From Eledone cirrhosa (taxonomy: Eukaryota), in NCBI GenBank assembly GCA_964016885.1, contig OZ024757.1:4898001-4962000 (forward strand): a stretch of 64,000 nt of DNA. Reading direction: 5' to 3'. Numbering within the stretch: the stretch's first letter is position 1; the number at the start of each line of letters is the position of its first letter. This document shows positions 40,027 through 52,872 of this stretch, piece by piece. The position numbers and the translations under genes are program-made. The notes beneath the pieces were generated by a model. The model was not told the origin of the DNA. It made no database searches and worked only from the letters and a program-made list of their open reading frames with translations.

Positions 40027-43000
40027 TCATCATCATCATCATCACCGTTTTACGTCCGTTCTTCCACGCTAGCATGGGTTAGACGGGTTGTCCTGTTGTG
40101 GGCAGTGTCTGGTCGGCTGACCATGCCTTGCTCATACAGGAACTGATCTGGCTTGATTTCTACAGCTGGATGCCCTTCCTAACACCAACCTCATTTACAG
40201 TGAGTGCTGGGTGCTTTTTCGTGGCGCCTACACGTCCACTTTACAGTGTGGGCTGGGTGCTTTTTTGCCGTGGCACCTCCACGACCACCTTGCGGTGGGG
40301 GGAGGGGGGCATATTGTTTATATGCTTCAGCATGTACCCATGGGAGGTCGGGTACCCTGTATTACTGCGTGACGCCAGAAGTCACGGTCGTGTGTCATTG
40401 ACTTTGAGAGGTGTAGTTGGGTAAGGTCGGCTTTTATCACCTCATCCCAAGTCATCTTGGGTCTCCCCACTCCGCGGTTTCCATCAACTTCTAGTGCTCT
40501 GCACCTTTTTATGCAGCTGTCATCCTTCATACGCATCACATGTCCATACCAGCGTAACCGCCTCTCCTGCACGCAGCATTTGATTCCTCTTATGCTCAGT
40601 CTCTCTCTCAATTCATTTATGCTTTGTCGTTCACGTATATTACTGTTACACATCCATCGGAGCATGCAGGCTTCGTTTCTCTCTAATCTACGTAAGTCTT
40701 CCACCTTCAGCGCCCAGGTCTCACTACCATGCAACATCGCTGTTCGGATACACGCATCATACAGTCTGCCTTTCATTCTGAGGGAGAAGCCTTTTGCAGC
40801 TAGCAGTGGTAGTAGTTCCCTAAACTTCTTCCATCCCGTTCTTACCCTAGTTATTGTACTTTCTGAGCACCCACCTCCGTTGCTAATTCGGTCACCTAGG
40901 TAGCAGAAGCTGTCTACTGTTTCTACAGGGCCCTCCCAGAGATTGGTGGTACTTGTTTCCTGTGGCTGTTTGCTTGCTGTTTCAGCACAGCTGCTGCATG
41001 TGAATCCTACATTCTTAATTAAGCTTCCTGAGATCCCGCTACATCTCTTGTGTACCCATTGTTTGCATTTGGGGCAAAGAATGGAGTTCCTACCTACACC
41101 TTTCCTACATACTGAGCAAGGCCATTTCCCTGAGGGGATCTGGGTTCTGTTTTCTCGTCTACTTATAAGGACCTTAGTCTTTGTCATGTTGACTTTGAGG
41201 CCCTTTCTCTCTAGTCCCTGCTTCCAGGTTTGGAATTTATTCTCTAGTTCTACCATAGATTCAGCTATGAGTGCGAGGTCATCAGCATACAGGAGTTCCC
41301 ATGGGCATCCGGTCTTAAACTCCTCCGTTATTGCCTGCAGGACTATGATGAACAGGAGAGGGCTAAGAACAGAGCCCTGGTGGACCCCAACCTGTACGCT
41401 AAATTCCTCGCTATACTCATTGCCAATCCTAACTTTGCTGACTGCTCCCCTATACATGGCTTGTACCGCTTTCACAAGCCATTCATCTACTCCTAGTTTT
41501 CTAAGAGCCCACCAGATTACTGCACGTGGAACTCTGTCAAAGGCTTTCTCAAGGTCGACAAATGCCAAGTAGAGTGGCTTACTTTTAGCTAGGTACTTTT
41601 CCTGTAATTGCCTCACAAGGAAGAGCGCATCAGTGGTGCCTTTCCCTGGAACAAACCCAAATTGCATCTCGTCTATATTCACCCGGTCCCTAATCAGCTG
41701 TGCTATAACTCTTTCTGTTACTTTCATGACCTGGTCCATCAACTTTATACCTCTATAGTTTCCTCTATCTAGTGCATCGCCTTTACCTTTGTAGCAGTTG
41801 ACAATGATGCTACTGCACCAATCTTTTGGTATGGCCCCCTCTAGTATTACCTGGTTAACGATACGTGTGGTTATAGTGTGACCTACAGACCCAGATGCCT
41901 TCAGCATCTCGGCAGCTATACCCGATGGACCGGTTGCCTTCCCTATCTTCATATCTCTGATTGCCTTACTTACTACGCTGCCGCTGACTTGTACTGCTGG
42001 TCCCTCTATAGGGTCTACGTGGGGTAGGGTCTCTTCTTCCCATGCATTCTCCTCATTTAGTAATCTATCATAATGACTCTTCCATGCATCTTTCTTCTCA
42101 GCACTTGTGAGGGCAAGCTCACCTTTATCATTCCGGATACACTTCTCTCCAATGACATCACAACTATCTCTGACACACTGCCTCGCAATCTTGAATACCT
42201 CCTGTTTCTGGTCCTCACGTTGTAAAACATGCTTGAATTTTCTATCCTCTGCTTCCCTCCTAGCTAAGTATACTTGTCGCCTAGCTTCCCTCTTGGTCTC
42301 TATGTAATGTACCCTGCTCCCCCCGTTCTTCCATTCTTTCCATGCCTGTCTCTTGGCCTTGACTGCTTCATCTACCTTATTGTTCCACCACCAAGTCACT
42401 CTCCTCCTGCTTGAGGTCTTACTCCAGCCACAAACCTCATCCGTCGCCTCTAGTAAGTTATTTTTTAGGAACTCCCAGTTCTCTTCTACGTTAAATGTCT
42501 CTATCTGTTCTTCTTTACTGTCGTAGGCGTTGAGTCTTGCATTTACCCTGTACACTGAGATTACTTTATCTACCCACTTGTCAGCTAATAGTATACCTAC
42601 ACCACCCATCCCATCGTCATTTCCCACCCAGAAAAATTTGTAGCACTGGCTTTTTCCTACAAGGACTCTAGCAGACCCTCCTCTCCATCTAGTCTCTTGC
42701 ACACAGCATACATCAACTTCCTTTCGCTCTAGCATTTCTACGATTTCTCCTGCTCTTCCTTTCATTGAGCCTACATTGATGGTACCAACTCAGAGTTTTG
42801 GGCATTTGTCGACACTCGTAGGGGAGGGTCTCTGGGTTGGCGCTTCACGTGGGTGCTTGGTAGCTCGCAGATTCATATTTCATCTATTGATTCAGAGTTG
42901 CTCGTGTATTCCCAGCTCATCCATCCCTAACGGTGGGAAAATTGAGGGCTAGAAGGACAGTGGTGGTGGGGTAATGGCAGGGTGTGTTGGGATGCGCCAG

Positions 43001-43140
43001 AGGAGGAGAGAGTTAGTTAGGCAGGTAGTAGCAGCAGCAGCAGTGGAAATGGCATGCTAGGTTTGATTGGTCGAATAGACTATGGTGGTGTGTGGGGGTG
43101 GGGGGGAGGGAAATTGTGAGGTAGGAACTGAGGGTCGCAT
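40027..43140 (-). mobile_element. RTE-clade LINE with 5' UTR, long ORF and (GAT)n tail; most of the endonuclease deleted in frame
   Basis: ORF 40327-42765; 3' tail at 40027-40045; 5' region homologous to 15930-16480. Confidence 0.92.
40327..42765 (-). CDS. RTE reverse-transcriptase polyprotein (812 aa): EN N-terminal stub, intact RT, Cys/His (PHD-like) insert
   Basis: DVCCVQETRW; QFGFVPGKGTTDA; AFVDLEKAFD; GVHQGSVLSPLLF; LLYADDL; CSVC..CPKC..WVHKRC..CSSC; FCYLG; RLRWYGH. Confidence 0.88.
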   Translation of the reverse strand: MKGRAGEIVEMLERKEVDVCCVQETRWRGGSARVLVGKSQCYKFFWVGNDDGMGGVGILLADKWVDKVISVYRVNARLNAYDSKEEQIETFNVEENWEFLKNNLLEATDEVCGWSKTSSRRRVTWWWNNKVDEAVKAKRQAWKEWKNGGSRVHYIETKREARRQVYLARREAEDRKFKHVLQREDQKQEVFKIARQCVRDSCDVIGEKCIRNDKGELALTSAEKKDAWKSHYDRLLNEENAWEEETLPHVDPIEGPAVQVSGSVVSKAIRDMKIGKATGPSGIAAEMLKASGSVGHTITTRIVNQVILEGAIPKDWCSSIIVNCYKGKGDALDRGNYRGIKLMDQVMKVTERVIAQLIRDRVNIDEMQFGFVPGKGTTDALFLVRQLQEKYLAKSKPLYLAFVDLEKAFDRVPRAVIWWALRKLGVDEWLVKAVQAMYRGAVSKVRIGNEYSEEFSVQVGVHQGSVLSPLLFIIVLQAITEEFKTGCPWELLYADDLALIAESMVELENKFQTWKQGLERKGLKVNMTKTKVLISRRENRTQIPSGKWPCSVCRKGVGRNSILCPKCKQWVHKRCSGISGSLIKNVGFTCSSCAETASKQPQETSTTNLWEGPVETVDSFCYLGDRISNGGGCSESTITRVRTGWKKFRELLPLLAAKGFSLRMKGRLYDACIRTAMLHGSETWALKVEDLRRLERNEACMLRWMCNSNIRERQSINELRERLSIRGIKCCVQERRLRWYGHVMRMKDDSCIKRCRALEVDGNRGVGRPKMTWDEVIKADLTQLHLSKSMTHDRDFWRHAVIQGTRPPMGTC

Positions 43141-43219
43141 GGTAAATATCCAAGTTAATACTACATCAGTAAAATTAACAATAATAACGTCATGAAAAAA
43201 GCTACTAAGAGAAACCCTA

Positions 43220-43298
<79 letters not shown>

Positions 43299-43513
43299 GA
43301 GGTTATATTTAATTTGTTGGAATTCAACAAGTTTAAAATTTTTTATAACTGATATAAAGCACTCAACAGTTTAGTGGAGTAAATACACAATATATTAATA
43401 AATGGAAAGACAACCTTAAAGGGTGGAGCTTCCTGGAGAGCTTCCAGGATTCTCCAACCATTAAGGTTGTCTTTTTACCGGGTATGTCAATATTTATTTA
43501 TAAAACAAATCTG

Positions 43514-43572
43514 TATTTTATCTGATGAAAGTGCACCGCCTTGGTTGCCCTTGAAATATGTATAATAAAATA
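43514..43572 (+). ncRNA. Type I hammerhead ribozyme in a partly inverted pLTR-like island (43278-43618)
   Basis: Perfect 8-bp stem I UAUUUUAU/AUAAAAUA, CUGAUGA (43522-28), imperfect stem II, GAAA (43553-56), UAUGUA-UA; predicted cut after 43564. Confidence 0.72.
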
Positions 43573-43610
43573 AATATGGTTTTATAAATATAGTTTGCAT
43601 TTATTAATAT

Positions 43611-43663
<53 letters not shown>

Positions 43664-44001
43664 AACAATGGCTGTAAGACAGGTGTCTACAGGATGGCTG
43701 GGGTTCAATGGTTTAAAGAAAAGGGAAATTCTTTAGAAGCTAATTCTTTAAGGCTGAAATAAGGGTGACAAAGGCAGAAAGGGTTCCATCAACAGATTCA
43801 AATGTTGGGGTGAGCCCCCTATTGTGAAGTTTCTCTTAATATATATTCCAGGTGTTGACAAACACATTCACACACTCGCCCACACGTACACACACATACA
43901 CGCACACAAGAAACATACATAATGGTACATACACACATACACATATACAAATATATACACATATATATACACATACATACAAATATGTGTACATACATAT
44001 G

Positions 44002-44047
<46 letters not shown>

Positions 44048-44054
<7 letters not shown>

Positions 44055-45299
44055 CCTGTCTAAGACTAAAGTTCTCCTTTGTAGGAAGGAAAATAGGGCA
44101 CCGGTCCCATCCGGGAAGTGGCCATGCTCAGTGTGTAGGAAAGGAGTAGGCAGATACTCCATTTTATGTCCCAAATGCAAAGTATGGGTGCATAAAAGAT
44201 GTAGTGGGATCACAGGTAAGCTAACTAAGAATATAGATTTTACATGTGGCCGGTGCTCTGGTGCAATAAGTAGCAGCAAGTGCCCACAGAATACTAGCTC
44301 ATTCCATTGCACAGATGGTTCTATAGAAATAGTGGACAGCTTCCGTTACCTCGGTGACAAGATCAGCAGTAGGGGAGGGTGCTCTGAAAGTACAGTAGCT
44401 AGAGTCAGAACGGGATGGAAAAAGTTCAGAGAGCTTATACCACTATTGGCCTCTAAAGGGTTCTCTCTAAAAATGAAAGGCAGGCTGTATGATGCCTGCA
44501 TACGAACAGCAATGTTGCATGGCAGTGAGACCTGGGCATTGTGTGCAGAGGATATACGCAGACTGGAGAGAAACGAAGCTTGCATGCTCCGCTGGATGTG
44601 TAATAGTAATATACGTGAACGGCAAAGCATAAACGAACTAAGGGAGAAATTAGGGATAAGAGGGATCAGATGCTGTTTACTCGAGAGAAGACTACGTTGG
44701 TATGGTCACGTGATTTGCATGAAAGACAAGAGCTGTATAAAAACGTGCAGGGCGATAAAAATAGATGGTAGCCACGGAGTAGGCAGACCCAGAAAAACCT
44801 GGGACAACTTGATAAATTCCGACCTCACACACTTACACCTCTCCAAGACAATGTCACTGGACAGAGATCTTTGGCGCTACACAGTAATACAAAAGACCCG
44901 CTTTGCCTAAGTGCAAAGTGAAACCTACGACAGTCAGTAGGCACCTCTAACAAAATACACTCCCGTCCCACTACCCCCACCCCATCCACACCACCCCTTT
45001 CAATGTAAAGTTATGTTGGTACCACAACATCCAGGCCGAAACAAATGAGATTGTGTAGGTGTCACGACAAAAAAAAACACACAGTCCACGCTGTAATGTG
45101 GCCGTGTAGGTAACACGGTAAAAACCTCCCAGTCCACACTGTAAACGTGGTTGGTGTTAGGAAGGGCATCCAGCTGTAGAAAACCTGCCAGACAGTCCTA
45201 TACGAGCAGGACAACAAATCTTGCCTTAAGTGGGAAAACTCCCGTCCAAACCCATGCAAGCGTGGAAGATGGATGTTAAACGATGATGATGATGATGAT
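44048..45299 (+). mobile_element. 5'-truncated RTE LINE (C-terminal ORF part, 3' UTR, tail)
   Basis: INLSKTKVL...GKWPCSVC...RLRWYGH...QKTRFA*; tail gatgatgat at 45282-45299. Confidence 0.9.
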
Positions 45300-45781
45300 A
45301 TGTATATGTATATATATGTGTATATATTTGTATATGTGTATGTGTGTATGTACCATTATGTATGTGTGTTGTGTGTGTGTAGGTGTGTGTAAGTGGGCGA
45401 GTGTGTGAATGTGTTTGTCGACACCTGGAATATATATTAAAAGAAAATTCACAATAGGGGGAAGCACCCAACACTTGAATCTGTTGATGGAACCCTTTCT
45501 GCCTTTGTCACCCTTATTTCAGCCTTAAAGAATTTCCCTTTTCTTTAAACCATTGAACCCCACCCATCCTGTAGACACCTGTCTTACAGCCATGGTATTC
45601 CAAACATGATTTTGTTTACATTATTCTTCCTGCCTTTGTTATTACTATAGCTTTAAAGAATTAGCTTTTAATGAACTCCCTTTTCTTTAAATCCTTCAAC
45701 CAATGACCTCCACCCATCCCAACCCCCACCTTCTCCTACCACCAGAAAAGAAAATATATAAATACAACTACCTGGACAGGC

Positions 45782-45832
45782 AGCTCCCTGATGATTTCTC
45801 ATGAATGAAACAGTTCTAGTCCTGTAGAAGCT
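45782..45832 (+). ncRNA. Type I hammerhead ribozyme with complete stem III
   Basis: AGCUCC-CUGAUGA(45788-94)-U UUC ucau GAA U-GAAA-CAG uucuaguc CUG-UA-GAAGCU; followed by TATTGAGTAC. Confidence 0.62.
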
Positions 45833-46108
45833 CTTCTATATTAAAACGTTTATACTCTGCTATGTATTGAGTACCTTACTTACTGTGGTTACCTCTGATT
45901 CAACCCGGAATAACTTATATATATATATATAATCCTAATTGTAAAGTGCTTTACTATATATATATCTATTTTATTTATCACTCTTTCTTCTGATAAAGGA
46001 CTAGCATCCAAAACGTTAAGACCCTCTTCCTGCTATATCAAGCATTAACCTAATATATACCTTCCATATACTGTACCGATTGTGTTGTTATTTCTGTTTA
46101 CTTTTTAC

Positions 46109-46139
<31 letters not shown>

Positions 46140-46277
46140 AAGGTTAAACAAGGTTCAATGAATAAATCAAAGAATAAGTTTTACAATAGATGGGAAGCAC
46201 TCAACAGCTATGGTTTTCCAGAGTTATTAATATTAATTCTAAATATTAACAAAAATAGACATTTGTGTGATCAAGTA

Positions 46278-46344
46278 TATTTTATTATACATATTTCAGA
46301 GGTACTGAGCTATCTTCAACAGTACTTCCTCATCAGATAAAATA
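46278..46344 (-). ncRNA. Type I hammerhead ribozyme (left arm of element B)
   Basis: UAUUUUAU-CUGAUGA-GGAAGUACUG..CAGUACCUCU-GAAA-UAUGUA-UA-AUAAAAUA on the minus strand. Confidence 0.72.
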
Positions 46345-46423
46345 AGATGATGCATGACATACCCTGACATACCATGACTGAATCTTAACCATCTACTATG
46401 TCAGGGTATGTCATGCTACATCT

Positions 46424-46490
46424 TATTTTATCTGATGAGGACGTACTGTTGAAGATAGCTCAGTACCTTTGAAATATGTATAATAAAATA
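46424..46490 (+). ncRNA. Type I hammerhead ribozyme (right arm of element B)
   Basis: UAUUUUAU-CUGAUGA(46432-38)-GGACGUACUG..CAGUACCUUU-GAAA(46471-74)-UAUGUA-UA-AUAAAAUA; predicted cut after 46482. Confidence 0.72.
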
Positions 46491-46531
46491 TACTTGATCA
46501 CACGAATGTCTATTTTTGTTAATATTTTGAA

Positions 46532-46570
<39 letters not shown>

Positions 46571-46891
46571 TCATGTCCTACACAATTTTTTATATATATA
46601 TATATATATATAGTAAAGCACTTTACGATTAGGATTTTCTCAGTAAGGTATCAATCGAAGTGTCAGTGTAATAAATAAGAGACAGTTTTATTTGTACATC
46701 TTCATTTTATTACATAATTCCATTAACCATATACATACATGCATACATAAATATATATGTGTGTGTGTGTGTTTGTGTAAGAGAGAGGGAGTGTGTGTGT
46801 TCTTCATTCTGTACTTTGCTGGGTTTTGGCTGCTATTTCTACCATTCATATACCTGTCCTTTATTCTTCTCTCGTTCTCTGGGACTCTAGC

Positions 46892-46938
<47 letters not shown>

Positions 46939-47086
46939 CACTTGTATTTACAATTATATAAATAAGTATCTAATTATTTAAAGATAGAAACACGTTTGTG
47001 GCATTACTACACCTTTAAGTTTAATTTTCAATTGAATAACATTACAAATATGTTTTATATATATATATAAAACATATATATAAAAT

Positions 47087-48963
47087 CAGGATGTTGTTGG
47101 AGATAAATGTGTCCGGGATGATGCCGGTGTACTTAGTGTCACGAATGACCAGAAAAAGGAGGCCTGGAAATGTCATTATGAGAGACTGATGAATGTGGAG
47201 AACGAATGGGAGAGAGAGAAATTACCCTTGGTAGATCCGACAGAGGGACCAGCTATTGAGATTGACGAATATAGGGTCCAAGAGGCGATTAGGGAAATGA
47301 AAAATGGTAAGGCGGCCGGACCATCGGGAATAGTTGCTGAGATGCTGAAAGCATCAGGGGACGTAGGCACTAAACTGGTTGCACGCATCATCAATCAGGA
47401 TATATATGGTGGTGTCATACCCAAAGACTGGTGCAGCAGTATTCTCATAAATTGCTACAAAGGTAAAGGTGATGCTTTGGAGAGGAGCAATTATAGGGGT
47501 ATAAAACTGATAGATCAGATTATGAAAGTGGCAGAAAGGATTTTAGCACAACTAATTAGAGAAAGGGTCAAACTAGATGAGATGCAGTTTGGTTTTGTGC
47601 CTGGGAAGAGTACAACAGATGCCCTCTTCTTGGTGAGACAAATGCAAGAGAGGTTCTTAGAGAAGAATAAGCCACTATACTTAGCCTTTGTTGACCTAGA
47701 GAAGGCGTTTGATAGGGTACCCCGATCTGTCATCTGGTGGTCCCTAAGGAAGCTAGGTGTTGAGGAATGGCTTGTGAGGACAGTGCAAACTTTGTACAGA
47801 GGTACTCTCAGTAAAGTCAGGGTAGGAATGGAGTTTAGTGAGGAATTCCAGATACAAGTAGGAGTACATCAGGGTTCGGTCCTCAGCCCGCTTTGTTCAT
47901 TATAGTCCTCCAAGCCATAACAGAGGAGTTTAAGACTGGCTGTCCATGGGAACTTCTCTATGCTGACGATCTGGCTCTTATAGCAGAATCAGTAGAGGAG
48001 CTAGAGAATAAATTCCGGCTATGGAAACAGCAGTTGGAAGCAAGAGGACTGAGAGTAGATTGAGCTAAGACAAAAGTGTTGATGAGTAGAAAAGAGGACA
48101 AAACCCTGATTCCGTCAGGGAAATGGCCATGTTCGATGTGCAGAAAAGGAACTGGCATAAATTCTATAAAATGCACACAATGCAGGTCCTGGGTACACAA
48201 GAGATGTAGCGGGATAGCAGGCAAACTAACAGGTAGGGAGAAATATGTATGCAGTAGATGTACAGGGAAATTAGACAGTAGAAGTCGCACTGATAGACAC
48301 ATTTTTCAAATACGAGAGGGCGCTATAGAAGTGGTGGATAGCTTCCGGTACCTAGGAGATCAGATTAGCATGGGAGGAGGGTGTTCCGAGGCCATAGTAT
48401 CTAGAATAAGGACGGGTTGGAAGAAGTTTCGGGAGCTGCTTCCTCTGTTGACGAAGAAGGGTTTCTCCCTGCGTACGAAAGGCCGGTTGTATGATGCCTG
48501 TGTGAGGAGCGCGATGCTGCATGGTAGTGAGACATGGGCAGCAACCGCAGAGGATATGCGACGGCTGGAGAGAAATGAGGCAAGCATGCTCCGTTGGATG
48601 TGCAGTGTAAATATGCGTGAACGACCCAGCATAAATGTGTTGAGAGAGAAACTGTGTCTGAGAGGGATAGAATGTAGTGTACGGGAGAGGAGACTGAGGT
48701 GGTATGGACATGCGATGCGCATGGAGGATGACCGATGGGTGAAGAAGTGCCAGGAAATGCCAGTTGAAGGAAGACGTGGTAGAGGTAGACCACGAAAAAC
48801 ATGGGCGGAGGTGGTGAGAACAGACCTCAGATCATTGAAGCTCACGGTGGAGATGACGAGGGACCGTGATGAGTGGAGAGATGCTGTGCTGAATAAGACC
48901 CGTCCCACCCTTGCAAGCAGGGAAAAGCGGACGTAAAATGATGATGATGATGATGATGATGAT
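47087..48963 (+). mobile_element. 5'-truncated RTE LINE, second subfamily (candidate SINE partner)
   Basis: RT ORFs 47189-47905 and 48076-48936, separated by a frameshift (~47895) and a stop (48061). 3' end gtcccacccttgcaagcagggaaaagcggacgtaaaa(tga)n. Confidence 0.92.
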
Positions 48964-49047
48964 TATATATATATATATATATATAAATAACATTACATAT
49001 ATGTTTTATATATATATATATAAATAACATTACAGATATGTTTTATA

Positions 49048-50679
<1,632 letters not shown>

Positions 50680-51016
50680 GAGGCACATGGCTTAGTGGTT
50701 AGAACATTGGCCTTGTAATCGAAAGGTTGTGAGTTCAATTCTCAAACCAGGTGATGTGTTGTTTCCTTGAGCAAGACACTTTATTTCACATTACTCCAGT
50801 TTACTCAGCTGTAAAAATGAGATGATAGGAACAGGGGTCCCTATCATTCCACTGTAAAGTGGTCGTGGAGGTGCCACGGCAAAAAAGTACCCAGCACTCA
50901 CTGTAAATGAGGTTGGTGTTAGGAAGGGCATCCAGCCAGAATCAGTTCCCCTCTCACCCTTGCAAGCAGGGAAAAAGCGGACGTAAAATGATGATGATGA
51001 TGATGATGATGATGAT
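50680..51016 (+). mobile_element. Full-length tRNA/CORE-type SINE with RTE tail
   Basis: gaggcacatggcttagtggttagaac...gagttcaattc...ttccttgagcaagacacttta...gcggacgtaaaa(tga)n. Confidence 0.9.
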
Positions 51017-51959
51017 ATATATATATACACTCATACGTATGTTTATATATATATATATATATACACTCATATGTATGTTTATATATTTATATATATATAT
51101 ACACTCATATGTATGTTTATATATTTATATATATATATATACATTCATGTTTGTTTACATATATATATAAAGATACATATACTCTTACATGCATACATCT
51201 GAAAATGTATATATGTATGTAAACACATACTTAAACGTACATGTACATACATATAGATGGACAGTTATACATATACAATAACTTATTTCTATACATACAT
51301 ATACCACAAGTAAGGCATGGTGCTGCCAACTAACCAGACCTCCCTCATAATGGACCAGCTAGATCCCAAAATACAGGCCTGCTAGCCAACACACAGTCCC
51401 AATAAGTGTAAGTTACAGCGCAGCTATCTGGACAGACTTGTCTTAAGACTACTCATTATCCCACTACATCTTTTGTGTACTATATATATACTGTATATAT
51501 ATGCTGTTTATATATATACACACACACATATAATTGTGTATTCATACATTATCTTAGTAATGAAATAATCAATAATTTTAGTAAATTGTTCAAAATTCTT
51601 CATTAACCCTTTTGGTAGAAACCCAGTCAAAACTGGTTCTCGTTCTATGGAAATGGTTCCTATCTAAATTAAAGTCTTCCAACGAAATTCTATATAACAA
51701 CCATATGTTAAGTTACTATGTTAGTAATTAACTAACAATTGTGAGAAATAGCTCATAATTAGTTATAATTAATTGAAATACGAGGTTCATAATTATAATA
51801 AAATCTTCGAATAGGCTACGAAGCCGGGAAACCTGAAAGGTACTCAACACACACACATCGCTATAGCGTTTCACCAGCCCCTTCCTTTCTCAATCATTAC
51901 ATAGATGTGTGTGTATGTAATAATTATTTTATATTGTGTGTCTGTTTATGAATATGTAT

Positions 51960-52562
51960 GAGTAGAGATGTGTGTGTGTGTGTAACCCAATAGATGTGTG
52001 TGTGTGTAACCCAGTAGATGTGTGTGTATGTAACACAGTAGATGTGTGTGTGTGTATGTAACCAAGTAGATGTGTGTGTGTATGTCACCAAGTAGATGTG
52101 TCTGTATGTACCTCAGTAGATGTGTGTGTATGTAACTCAATAGATGTGTGTGTGTAACTCAGTAGATGTGTGTGTGTGTAACACAGTAGATGTATGTGTA
52201 TGTAACACACTAGATGTGTGTGTATATATAACACAGTAGATGTGTGTATATGTAACACAGTAGATGTGCGTGTATGTAACACAGTAGATGTGTGTATATA
52301 TAACAGTAGATGTGTGTGTGTATGTAACACAGTAGATGTGTGTATGTAACACAGTAGATGTGTGTATATGTAACACAGTAGATGTGTGTATATATAACAC
52401 AGTAGATGTGTGTATATATAACACACTAGATGTGTGTGTATATATAACACAGAAGATGTGTGTATGTAACACAGTAGATGTGTGTATATGTAACACAGTA
52501 GATGTGTGTGTATGTAACACAGTAGATGTGTGTGTATGTAACACAGTAGATGTATATATAAC
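51960..52562. repeat. ~24-28-bp TG-rich minisatellite
   Basis: Unit taacacagtagatgtgtgt(gt)atg. Confidence 0.92.
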
Positions 52563-52872
52563 TAAAGTGTAACGTACTTTACGAATGGACGACTAAATGA
52601 TTTTAACAATTGATGGAAAAGATTTTAAATTGTCGTAACTCAGACCATAAAGGACCGCAACACGTGGTGCCTGACACTCTTACTGGCTACATAGCCTGGG
52701 AGTCTATTTTACCGGCACAGGCTACATAGCCTGGGAGTCTATTTTACCGGTACCGGCTACATAGCTTCTTCCTAAAATCTTCCAACTGTTATGTTACTAA
52801 TAAAATAATTAATAATTAAAAACTTTAGTAAATCCTTCCAATGATATCTCAGTAATGAAATAATTAATAATT

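Larger units (their letters stand above)
46137..46537. mobile_element. Twin-hammerhead fold-back element in (TA)n, element B
   Basis: Inverted arms ~46231-46371 and 46397-46537; unique left extension with GAGTGC on the minus strand; (TA)n on both sides. Confidence 0.78.

Noticed and set aside
40457-41572. Plus-strand ORFs over LINE copies
   Set aside because: Antisense shadows of the RTE ORF.
45986-46021. Hammerhead-like TCTT-CTGATAA-AGGA..TCC-AAAACGTT-AAGA
   Set aside because: Two essential core guanines (G8, G12) are A; inactive relic.
50680-50750. tRNA gene (also 59426 and 34487)
   Set aside because: A/B boxes continue into SINE bodies and tails, and no complete cloverleaf acceptor stem is seen.
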